Shown piece after piece: positions 38,037 through 48,881 of a DNA stretch of 64,000 bases. Made by a program: the position numbers and the translations under genes. Origin of the DNA: Nemertoderma westbladi (lineage: Eukaryota; Animalia; Xenacoelomorpha); the NCBI GenBank assembly GCA_032718475.1, contig JAUCBJ010000896.1, forward strand, positions 1-64,000, given 5' to 3'. Within the stretch, counting starts at the first letter, position 1; each line of letters starts with the position of its first letter. The notes under the pieces are model-generated. The model ran no database searches. It saw only the letters and a program-made list of their open reading frames with translations, and was not told the origin of the DNA.

Positions 38037-41000
38037 TTATTTACTAATATTTGTTGGAGATTTGTAGTCTCCAGACTCGTTACGAGTCTCTTCAAGAAGT
38101 ACGAGACGTTGAGTCGGTCTGTCAACTGTACGACCGTCAATTGTCCGTACCGTCACAGTTCTTGTCACTCCATCCATAGATGGATGTGTGGCTAAAATTA
38201 CACCTGTTATCCAGAAGCGTCTTTTTAGATTCACTTCCGCTAACAGCACGTGATCTCCCGGCTTTAATGCCCGGGTGTTATTGTACCAGTTTGTTCTGGC
38301 AGAAATAGAGGGCAAATAATGGTTTTGCCATATCTCCCAGAATTTGTTAGCTAGTAGTTGCGTGATTTTCCACGCTTTTCTACCGTAGCTATCGCCTTCC
38401 ATTGGAAAAGAAATAGGCGTCAAAGTAGTCGGTGCCTGCATTAGCAGGTGTGCAGGTGTTAAAGCAAACTGGGATTGTTTGTCATCGGGTACTAATACTA
38501 TTGGTCTAGTATTTAGTATTGCCTCGATTTCAACAAACAATGTGGTCAATTGGTCGTCTGTCAATATGTGGTTTACTGGAATGACCTTTGCCATTGCCGT
38601 TTTGATAGATCTAATCAATCTCTCCCAGACTCCGCCTCTCCATGGACTATCTGGAGGATTAAACTTCCAAATAATCTTGTAAGGACGTAGTTCGTTTGAG
38701 ATTTGATCGTGATCTAATTTCTTAAAGGCTCTAGCTATTTCATTTCGAGCACCAACAAAGTTTGTCCCTTGGTCTGAGTACAAGCATTTCACTAGTCCGC
38801 GTCTAGCGATAAATCGCCGCAATGCTAGTATAAACGCGTTGGTGGAAAGATCCATCACACGTTCGATATGAACTGCCCTACTGGACATACATGTGAAAAT
38901 CAGTCCCCAGCGTTTTACTAGTATACGTCCACGTTTCGTATGTATGGGACCAAAGCAATCAATTCCAGTCTCTGTAAAAGGTGGTCTGAATGCTTGAAGT
39001 CGTGCTTGTGGAAGTTCACTCATTTCTTGGGTACCTATTCTAGAATGTACCTTTTTACAAATAATACACGTACGTGTCACTGAACTTAACGCTTTACTGG
39101 GTCTAATCAATACAAATCTTGTACGTAAGTAGGAAAGACAGTGGTGTCTTCCAGCGTGTTTCAGATGTAAATGTGCGTCCAGTATCATTGCACGTTGTAA
39201 TTCGTGATGCTGCGGTATTATTATTGGGTACCTAAAGTTCGTGTTAAAGTCAATGTTTTGAAGCCGAGATTTATGACAAATTAAGCCATTATAAATTATC
39301 GGACTCCAACTCAATATTGGTGACGACTTGATTGGTTGACCTTGATTTATAGATGTGAATTCGCGTGCGAAGTATCGCAGTTGGTAATGGCGAATTAATT
39401 TAATTTCACACCTGTCAATCTCAGTCAATGTAAGTCGACGTGTAAAGTCGCATTTGCCTTTAACGTATTGTACAAAACGTACAATCCACGCTAATTTTCG
39501 GCAAGCATTTGTCCAAGAATCTGTTAGGTTTACAATACGGTCGACGTAAGTATTTGTGACGTCATCAGGTAAGTCAATGGAGAATTTGGAAGGTTTTGAT
39601 TTACTAGAAGGTCCCACGGGTCCGCCGGTAAGTATTCCCTTGTTGACTGTTGATCCGTCCGGGTCTACAAGTAATTCGTCCTTCCTTGTTTTCTTACCTT
39701 GATTGTCAGTACTTTGTAAGTCGATCGTTAATGGTGGTTTGAACTCTATGGGGTCACTGGGTTTCGGTAAACTTAATTTTCTGCCGATATTAATCCCAGG
39801 GCTCACCATAGGTTGCAAGTTTGGTATGTCTCTTGAGCGCAAAGTAACACCTGTATTTACATTAGCGTAGGTACTACCCACATCTGTAATACATGAGGTT
39901 TCACTGTGCTCATGGTTGCTCAAGTGTGTCAAATTTGGTAGTTTGTCAATACAAGGCTGCTCCAATAGGGAAACTGCGGCTTTACTATTTGTCAATATGT
40001 TACTAGTGTCTGGTAGAACATTTTGTGACATGTCTGGTAAAATGTTTCGCGGAACATCCGGCGAAATATCTAGTGACGTGTCTGGCAAAACGTCTGGTTG
40101 ACCGTCTAGTAACGCGTCTGGTGATACGTCTGGTAACGTGTCTGGTTGACCGTCTGGCGATATGTCTGGTGTAGAAAGGCTCGCAAGTCTTCCGTTCTTG
40201 ACTTTTGAAGTTATCGCCTTCCATTTCGCCTTCGGTTTTTTCTTAAGTTTAGCCGCCGTCTTTTTCTTTGCTTTCCCTTTCTTTGGTTTTTTAATTTCGG
40301 CGTCTTTAGGGATAGTGTTAGACTTGTTGTCGTATAGTGGCGGCCAATGTAGTGTTGATCTTTGCAAGAATTGTGGTCCGTGCTGCCAAAATTCTTTGTT
40401 CTCCGATTTACAGAATTCCTCAGGCATCATTCCTCGCGACGCAATATCGGCTGGGTTTTGTGGTCCGGGACAATGTCGCCAATCTTCCTTTATTGAACGG
40501 TCTAGAATTTCTGCGCGACGGTTAGCTACGAATGTCTTGAATTCGAGTGTGTCGTTGTTTATGTAAAATAAAACCAACGTCGCGTCAGTCCAATAAAATA
40601 TCTGTAAACTTGACTGTAGTTCCGTCTGTATAAGGTTCACGATTGTGGTTGACAGGGTTGCTGCTTGTAGCTCAGCGCGTGGTGTCGTCATATACTTAGT
40701 AGGCATAGTCTTAGCCTTAGAGGTAATGAGCGAAACATCAAACTCTTCTGAGTCTACTTGTCTGCGCAAGTACGCTGCCACTCCAAAGCCGTTGTCACTG
40801 GCGTCGGAAAAACAATGTAATTCCAAGTTGTCGGGAAATGTCGTTTGTAATAAGTACACTCTGGGTATGGAATAATCCTCTAGTGAAGATAATTCTGCCT
40901 CCCAGGTTTTCCATAAATCCACTTGTTCTGATGAGATCGGCTCGTCCCATGTCAGTCCATCCTTCCAAATACTGCGCATATAGATTCTGGCTTGCAGTAT

Positions 41001-42539
41001 TATTGGACTGATGAATCCTAATGGATCGAATAATCGACTCAATTTTGACAAGCAGGATCTCTTTGTCAGAGTGTTTTCTTGAGTGTCCAGTCTCACCTTC
41101 ACTCGAAAGTTGTCCGTGTTTGGGTCCCAAAAGAGCCCCAACACCTTGGTCGTCGGTAGTGGTTCAAACTCTAGGTCTATTTCACCACCTCCACGCTCAG
41201 TCGTTCCGAATGAGTCTACCAATTCGGCACTGTTTGAGGCGAATTTGGTGAGGTTAAAACCTCCGCCCGCTAAGCAGTCCCGTAATTGATGTGCTACTGT
41301 TATAGCACGTTCTACTGTGTCACAACTCTGTAAACCATCGTCCACGTAAAAGTCACGTTCTACGATCTTGATTATCTCTGGGTCATATATATGTTTCTGA
41401 TCCCTAGCGGCTTGCTTTAGGGCGTACATCGTACAGTTTGGGCTGTCCCTGGCACCGAAAACGCGAACTTGCATTTGGTAAGTCGCTGGTGGTAGACCTA
41501 AGTCTCCTTCCGTGTACCAGAGGAACCTCAAACTGTCTCTGTCTCGCTCTAACGCTCTCACTTGGTGAAACATCGCTTCAACGTCACAAGTAAAGGCTAC
41601 CTGGCGTTGACGGAAGCGCATAATCACCCCCATAAGATAATTATTCATGCTCGGTCCATCCATCAACTCGCTATTGAGGGACATTCCCTCAAACAGAGCC
41701 GCACAGTCATTGACTACACGTACTTTGTCTGGTTTGTCGGGATGTCTCACGTAGTGATGTGGTAAGTAGTATGTCTGGTCTGTCACAATCTCTGGGTTAG
41801 TCATTCTGATGGCGTATCCCTTTGTTAAATACGTCTCCATCTGAGTATTATACTGCAGATGGGCTTTCTCGTCCTTTAATAGATGTTGTCGTATTGAGTG
41901 TAAACGTCTTAAGGCTAGCGGATAGTTATTTATGAGTTTAGGACGTTGGTTACGCCATAGCATCCCTACCTCATAATGTCCGTCTTTCGTCTGGCGGATA
42001 GTATCTTCCATGATCTTCAAAGATTGTTTCTCTTGTTCCGACATACATGGATCGTAGCTACCAGGTTCAGCTGTATCTTGTTCTAACCACCTGATAGTCT
42101 TCTCCGTTAATTCTTTGTCCAATGCAGCTTGTTCCACTTGATGATTTCTTAATGCGTTATCATCGATATCGACGGGCATTGTTGAGGTTATTGGTGTAGG
42201 TAGACTCGCAAGCCTTCCGGCGTTATCATCTGTCGTCGATGGAATCTCTGGCTGACTCGTCTTCTCCCCAAGTTCTAAACTCACCTGGTGGATTAGCTGC
42301 TCCTTGTGACTTATCATACTAGCTACACACGTCGTATCATGTTTTGTCGAATGTAGTGTAGTATAGTCTATGTCGTGTGAAAAGGAATGAGTCGAAGTTG
42401 TAGTTAATAAACTACATGTACTTTGTATATCGTCTTCCTCGTCACTTATATCCAGTGTGCGCACAGGCGCTCGAGTATACCACCCTATCGGCGTTCTACA
42501 GGCGTATGCGTTTCCAGCTACGACTGCCGATGGTCTGGT
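38037..42539 (-). CDS. BEL/Pao pol: RT, RNase H, integrase
   Basis: YYLPHH..KVRVVNDC, DVEAMFHQV, RDFYVDD, LHCFSDAS, TPRAELQAA, NPADIASRG, TGIDCFGP, YSDQGTNF, GGVWERLI, LTPAHLL; in frame with the protease ORF across one TAA (42540-42542). Confidence 0.95.
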   Translation of the reverse strand, partial: TRPSAVVAGNAYACRTPIGWYTRAPVRTLDISDEEDDIQSTCSLLTTTSTHSFSHDIDYTTLHSTKHDTTCVASMISHKEQLIHQVSLELGEKTSQPEIPSTTDDNAGRLASLPTPITSTMPVDIDDNALRNHQVEQAALDKELTEKTIRWLEQDTAEPGSYDPCMSEQEKQSLKIMEDTIRQTKDGHYEVGMLWRNQRPKLINNYPLALRRLHSIRQHLLKDEKAHLQYNTQMETYLTKGYAIRMTNPEIVTDQTYYLPHHYVRHPDKPDKVRVVNDCAALFEGMSLNSELMDGPSMNNYLMGVIMRFRQRQVAFTCDVEAMFHQVRALERDRDSLRFLWYTEGDLGLPPATYQMQVRVFGARDSPNCTMYALKQAARDQKHIYDPEIIKIVERDFYVDDGLQSCDTVERAITVAHQLRDCLAGGGFNLTKFASNSAELVDSFGTTERGGGEIDLEFEPLPTTKVLGLFWDPNTDNFRVKVRLDTQENTLTKRSCLSKLSRLFDPLGFISPIILQARIYMRSIWKDGLTWDEPISSEQVDLWKTWEAELSSLEDYSIPRVYLLQTTFPDNLELHCFSDASDNGFGVAAYLRRQVDSEEFDVSLITSKAKTMPTKYMTTPRAELQAATLSTTIVNLIQTELQSSLQIFYWTDATLVLFYINNDTLEFKTFVANRRAEILDRSIKEDWRHCPGPQNPADIASRGMMPEEFCKSENKEFWQHGPQFLQRSTLHWPPLYDNKSNTIPKDAEIKKPKKGKAKKKTAAKLKKKPKAKWKAITSKVKNGRLASLSTPDISPDGQPDTLPDVSPDALLDGQPDVLPDTSLDISPDVPRNILPDMSQNVLPDTSNILTNSKAAVSLLEQPCIDKLPNLTHLSNHEHSETSCITDVGSTYANVNTGVTLRSRDIPNLQPMVSPGINIGRKLSLPKPSDPIEFKPPLTIDLQSTDNQGKKTRKDELLVDPDGSTVNKGILTGGPVGPSSKSKPSKFSIDLPDDVTNTYVDRIVNLTDSWTNACRKLAWIVRFVQYVKGKCDFTRRLTLTEIDRCEIKLIRHYQLRYFAREFTSINQGQPIKSSPILSWSPIIYNGLICHKSRLQNIDFNTNFRYPIIIPQHHELQRAMILDAHLHLKHAGRHHCLSYLRTRFVLIRPSKALSSVTRTCIICKKVHSRIGTQEMSELPQARLQAFRPPFTETGIDCFGPIHTKRGRILVKRWGLIFTCMSSRAVHIERVMDLSTNAFILALRRFIARRGLVKCLYSDQGTNFVGARNEIARAFKKLDHDQISNELRPYKIIWKFNPPDSPWRGGVWERLIRSIKTAMAKVIPVNHILTDDQLTTLFVEIEAILNTRPIVLVPDDKQSQFALTPAHLLMQAPTTLTPISFPMEGDSYGRKAWKITQLLANKFWEIWQNHYLPSISARTNWYNNTRALKPGDHVLLAEVNLKRRFWITGVILATHPSMDGVTRTVTVRTIDGRTVDRPTQRLVLLEETRNESGDYKSPTNISK

Positions 42540-45500
42540 TTACCACACTTGATGTAGGTTGAATTGATCTGTCCCGATCAGCATTGCTACCGACCTATAG
42601 TTGACAGGACATTCAGGTACACCAAGGTGTCTGAAGTACTTACGGTCCTCCAAGGATTGTTCTGGGACAGGACCTAGTAGGTTACTAAAGTCCTTGGTTG
42701 CCGCAAAAGTCAAATCCTTAAAGGGCAACAAAGACCTCTCCTTTTCGCTGTGTTGCGATTTCGGAAGGAGAGTGTCTAAGTTTAACTTAACTCGTGTCAC
42801 TGGTATTGCACGTTGTCCATGCATACTACTTACGGTGTAACTGACGTTCTTACCTTGTTGGAGATCCGTCACAACATCAGCTACTTTCTCATCCACATAA
42901 CTATGTGATGAGGCTGAATCCAGGATAGCGTAGATCCTTTTGCTCCCTTTGGTGCCAGTAATCTTGACAGGAATTATACTAAACCCCTTTAGTTGATCAG
43001 GCGTCAGATGCGCAATCGATGGTTGTTTGTCTCCAGTATCAAAGTAAACGTCGTCGTCTTCCGACTCTTCATCCGACGATCCTGATTGTTCCGAGAAGCA
43101 ATCTCTAATGTGCGTCACGAAAGTCGGTGTTGTTTTCGACTCTCGACCCTTATATGCTGTGTTGCATCTTGCTGCCGCTTCCGGGTGTTCCCTGGTGAAG
43201 CGTTTGGTCGGCGTATGACTGTCTGTGTGGAGCAAACCGTCATGGTTGCGTCCACACGAAGGACAGGTGTCTGTATTTGGGCAGTCTTTACGGACATGTC
43301 CATGTAGTGTACACCGCCAACAAGAGTCCAATGGCCGTATTTGTAGTCGTCGTTCCTCCGAGTTCAATTCGCGGAATAGTCGACAACCTCTCAGTTTATG
43401 GCTAGTATGTCGTTTACCTAGCCGTTCGCAATATTGGCAACCGCTGAAATCCACAGTTAGCTGTTGTCTGGTCTGTTTGGTCCCAATTGGTGCGGATACC
43501 TTATTATTGTCCGAAAATTGTCGGGTGTCGGTCGATGTTGCGTAAGTAACCGTCTTGGTGGATGTTGTTTGGGGTTTTTGTCGGTTCGAGGATGGTAATG
43601 TTATTCCTTCCGCCACGATATGTTGGTCCGTGTAGTTCGAACGCGTCTCGACTACTGCCTCTCTGGATATCAGTAAGTAGACGTCTTCCAACTTCAAGAA
43701 TCCGCCCCTCTCTTCTCGCTGATATTCTATCTTTCGCCACTCCCGACGAAGTCGATGGTGTAATCTTCCTATTATTTTCAATAGGACTGTCGGAGTGTTT
43801 GCGTAGTCAAGTTGTCCAATCGAGCGTAGTGTAGTAATGGCGTTCTTAATCTCGTCAGCTAATTTCAGTAAGTCAACGGGTTTTGTTATAGCCCCCCCCC
43901 TTACAGAGTTCTTCTATCACTGACTTAGCCATACTAACGGTGCCTCCGTAAATCGAAGTTAAGCGATCATACGCTAGTTCGAAGGCATCTGGTACACCGA
44001 CAAAGGTCTCCGCTAGACGTTTCGGTTCTCCCGTCAGCGTTTGTAGCAGGTAGTTGAATTTCTCCCTCGATGTAAAGGCGCATGCTGCTATTTGTGTCTC
44101 GATGTAGTCCACAAAGGTGTGCCAATGTTTTGAATTACCTGAAAACTTCGGTGGTTGTTGCACCGGTAGCCCTTGTCTTGCTGCGAATTTCGCTATCTCC
44201 TCGGCCACGTTCAAAGTTTTGCGTCCTTGGTTGGCAATCGAGTTGATGTTCTCTCGTCTTGGCGCTTTTCCTTGATACGAGGTGTTTCTCGAGGGTTGCT
44301 TTCTTTGTTGCTTCGGGTGTCTAGAGTGTTTCCTCTAAACGTTCCTCTATCTGGGCCAACTTGTCTACAACTGGGCGCATTATTTCGGCGAGTTGTTGCG
44401 TACTAATTGCGTCCGTTGGTTGTAACGCTTTCTGTGTTGGTGTATTTTGTGGAGGATTGTCGATAAAGGAGTTATCTGAACGCTCACGTTTATATTCGTC
44501 GGCCGCTCCTGTTCTAAATACCTCACGTTTCGGGTAATCCGATTCACTCGAAGTACTACTGTCACCTGGATACGGTGGTCGACGTGCTCGTGTCCGTTGC
44601 GTTGTTCGAATTCTAACATTCCGTTTCGGAACATCGTCCACTGGTCTCCGTTGTTCGGTAGGCTCGCGAGTCTTCCTCGAAGTCGTAGATTGCGATGTAA
44701 ACTGGTTAAACGGTTGCGTTTCCACTGGTCTCCGTTGTTCGGTAGGCTCACAAGTCTTCCTCGAAGTCGTAGATTGCGATGTAAACTGAATCGGTGGTCG
44801 AGTAACAGCGTTTGAATCCAAAGGCCTTGTAGGTCTAAACACAGTTGGGTAAGCGTAGTGTGTAACGGGTTTAGGTGTCGAAGGTGGACTCACCTGTTTA
44901 GTCGTCAGTAATGCAGGTGCGGTCAACAAACTACTACGATCTGTAATCGGCGGGTTACTTACCTTGACTTTTAGAATGGGCGACGACGTTGCTCTTGGCT
45001 GCACAAACTTGTCCGGAATAACAAACCTGTGTTCCGTCGCACCATGGATAGGAGAAATGTTACTACTACCCGCAATCGAAACAGGTTCTTTAGTCGTAAT
45101 TGGTGCAAACATAGGAGTTACTTGAGGGAATCTTTGACATAAGTCTTTAACTAATTGTCTTTCTCGCCCAGGTGCCCCTACACTTCCTTCCTTCATTCGT
45201 TCCTGAATTTGGCGGTGCCTTACCTCTATCTGGTCCAAATCATGTCCGTCACGAGATCTCATCGATCGATCGCGGGCTAGAAGATCCAGATTTTCCTTGG
45301 CTTCGGCTTCTATAGTGCTGTTGTTGCTGTCTGGAAATTTCTGACGTCACTATACTTACCTCGCCAATTTCGCTACGAATACTCACTAACGATTGGTCCA
45401 GTATTCCCGGTGCCGATTCGATTTGTACGGGCGAAGTTTCCCTCGTATATTCTGGCACGGTTTCCAAATCGCCGACGTCTTCGCCGCACATACGTAAGTG

Positions 45501-46151
45501 GTCCGTCAGATGTTTCAATTGTCCATCCAGTCGGTACAGTTCCTGTTCTTCCTTGGGCTGAAATAATTCGTCCGAAACTGACTCACCTAACAACTGGTCC
45601 GCTTGTTCCTGTTGTATCTGCCTAATCGTCGACTTAAACTGAATCAGTTTCTCTCTAGCGATCATTAGTTTCTCGAGGATTCTAAGTTGAGTATCCACGT
45701 CCTGTCTCTGTCTAGCTAGATCTTGTAGACCAATTAGATTATCTACGGACTTATGTACTCTACTTTGTACTCTAACCTGGAGGGTGTAGAACTCAAACCG
45801 AGACATCGGAGCGGTCAACTCGTCTAATATGCGTTGGCCTTCTCCAATACTCCTGGTAATATGCGCCATGTAGCCGCCGACGCTTCTAACCACACTCTCC
45901 TGGCTTCCTACTGAACTTACCATGTCCGTTTCCCTGTATCTAGGTTGCGGGACCGTTAGAAAGTCCTCGGTCCTGCCGTCGCCTCGTACTACGGCATCCG
46001 GTACTCCCGTTGGATGTACTGGTGACGCACACGGTGTAGGTTTGGTAGGCTCGCGAGTCTTCCCCTGTGGTTCTTCCGCTGCTGACTTATCTCCGTCACA
46101 TGAGTCATAGTTGGTAGGTGTATTCTTCGTATAGTCTTGTTTGTCACTCAT
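42540..46151 (-). pseudogene. BEL/Pao gag-protease, frameshifted (pieces 46151-45249, 45262-44321, 44214-43873, 43781-42540)
   Basis: PPKFSGNSKHWHTF..EKFNYL capsid-like motif; triple knuckle CQYC..H..C, CWRC..H..C, CPSC..H..LLH; protease YAILDSAS. Confidence 0.88.
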
Positions 46152-46949
46152 TTCGGTAGTTGTAAGTCAAGTAAAGTGAGTGTCAAAGTATCGAATTTAC
46201 CGTATTTATATCTAACGGTACTAATTACAGTCATATAAAATTAGCCTACCGGCCGATTTTATAGCAAATGGATAAAATTAGCCTAGACGGCCAATTTTAC
46301 AGCAAATAAATGTCACGGTATAAGTATATAATAAAATTAGCCTAACGGCCAATTTTATAACAAATAAATCGGATAACGATATACGTTATCAAAATATAAA
46401 TTTAACACAAATAATACGGACTAATTCAGCAATAAACAAAGAAATCGTACGGAATGCATAAATACTTGAGACAGTGGAACCCACAATAATTTTAACTAAT
46501 ATGGTAATGCCTAACTGATTAATGCAACTTTTCAAACTCACCCACTCCAATAATTCTCCAGAAAAAACAGATTCCCAGATACAAACCGGACGTGAACCTT
46601 TCCGTTTCCAACGCTGCGGACGAAGTGCGATTTTCCCAACCAAAATTGTTGAGTTATCTATCTCCCAAACTCGTGAAACACGGTCTTGCTCCCGTTACAG
46701 TCTAGAAATGAGGTCTGAATCCTGAAAAACAAAAGAGTTAGGTTTTACTTTTACGAAAATTTTGTACCGGTACAATATGGTATTTAAACCCTTTTAAACA
46801 CCGGTATTCAATTCCAAAATGTTTTACACGCGGTTCAAATCAAATTTTATTTCAAAAAATTAGCACTTAGCTAATCAAATATAAATTTTTACCTCAAAAT
46901 ACAAAATTTTCAAATAACTTTAGTCCTACCGAACCGTAGTTCAGTAAAA

Positions 46950-46960
46950 CATATTCCTAC
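46950..46960 (-). promoter_or_regulatory. Non-tRNA primer-binding-site candidate GTAGGAATATG, complementary to LTR 47993-48003
   Basis: Abuts the LTR end; no TGG; perfect 11-bp inverted match inside the LTR. Confidence 0.65.
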
Positions 46961-48881
46961 TATTGTGAAGAGACAGTAACAATACCTGCAATATCATACT
47001 ACAAAGTTTGTGAATCAAATCATAATCCGACCTTCTCACCAAAACAGTAAACTCCAAGTAAGCGAATATATTGCAGTATCGGTCTCTTATAACAGGTGAG
47101 GCAGAAAACAGTCTACGGACAGACAAACTTCGATAAAACAAAATCCCGCGCAGCGAATCCTAAAATCAGGCTGACTCACTGACGGACTAAGGGGCTCGTA
47201 TACTTTGCCGCGGTGTGATTTATATGGTTGGGCGAAAAGGACGCTAGCTAGGTGCAGAGATTTGGAGATATCTAACTAGCGGGCAAAGTGCAGTACGGAC
47301 AAAAGTTAATTTTATATATTTTGAGGTGTAAATAATTTCTAACGCGCGTGTGTTAATTCTGAACAGTCAAGATCAGTTTTGCTCCTTCATATATATAATT
47401 ACTGGGTACGGTGTGCATTTTACGAATATTCTAATTTTGTAACTTGTAGGTCCAATACTCACGAATGATAAGGCTCCTTCCCCTCTTGCGTATTTCCAGG
47501 ACTCAAATTCAGGCATAAGGTTAATACTACGCCCAGAATTCGGCAATTTTAATTTACCAGGTCCCTAATACTAAGAAGAAATGTGTTAGTTTACTACAGT
47601 AGGCGTACTGTTACTAATAGCTAGCCTGGCGTCCTATCTAGAATTTTGGTTACCTAGGTGGGCTTGGTAACTTCCTATCAGGATGTCGGCGGGGACACGG
47701 TAGATGTTAGTATATCCCTAATAGCCTCAATTTATTTTGCGCCTAGTCGTAAACTGCCCTACCGCCTGAACGGTACAATCCTAATTCAGGTGAAACACAG
47801 TAACTCTCCTGGCCTACAAGTTCTAATGCAATGGACACCGTTGTACTACAAATAGTCACAGACGCACCTGTACTTAGCAAGAGTTAGGCGTACAGTTTGC
47901 TGCACCCTACCAATGTGTATGCTTTGTACCGGTGTGCCTACGTCCTATCTGCGTACTAGTATCTCTGCCTGAGCTCTCCTCTCCTCTCCCCCGTAGGAAT
48001 ATGAAGGTCTACTGCGGTTTTTTCCTGAATCAAAACAGTACAGTCCCTAGATGTAATTTTAGGCGTACAGCGTGTCACTACCTCTACCTTCGATCTTTGG
48101 TCTTATACTTAGGTAGCAAGGCATCGAACGCTGTCTAACCTTTCAGGCGATGGGTGAATAACTGAGAGTGATATTGCGGGTTGTCTCCTGTCTACATTCC
48201 TTGGATGTTCCCGTTCATTGCTGCGGCCCGATGTTTAGCCAGCCATCCTGTCCCTCAGTTGAGTTCACCGTGGTGAAGCATAGTAAAACAGATAGAAAAG
48301 GGCAGATGTGACAAGTATTTCTAACTTTTATTACAAAATCAAACAATAACTATTATACAATAAACAGAATAGATTAAATCGCAAGACTGAGATGTAATAG
48401 TGATGTAGTGAATATTGAAGATTGAGATTGATAACTAATGAACGAAACTGCACCTTTTATACCAAATTTGTGCCGTAATCAATCGAGAAAATTCTCGATT
48501 GTTCTATGAGTTCTAACAGAATTTTAAAGATAGCCATTGGTCCAGCAAATATATAACTTGTACGACATTGGTTACAATCTAATAACTACAGTCTCATTGG
48601 TTAATCTTACTTCGAGCAAATGCAATTAATTTGTAGCGGTCAATTTAAATGAGTTGAAATTCTGCACAAAAAACAATTCGCACCTACTAGGATTCGAACT
48701 CAATACACACTACATATAATTTCCAACGCTCTACCGACTGAGCTACTGAACCACTTGACTAATCATCGTACAAATAGATATAGCAAATACAAATGAGGAC
48801 TTAATGTAATCTTTAGCAAAGTTAATTCGAATAAAATAAAAATTTTGAAAATCCACGGCGTTTAGAGAATATAATTCTATA
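46961..48881 (-). repeat. Family 1 LTR in the 5' position (upstream of gag)
   Basis: Near-identical to 24536-26456. Confidence 0.92.
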
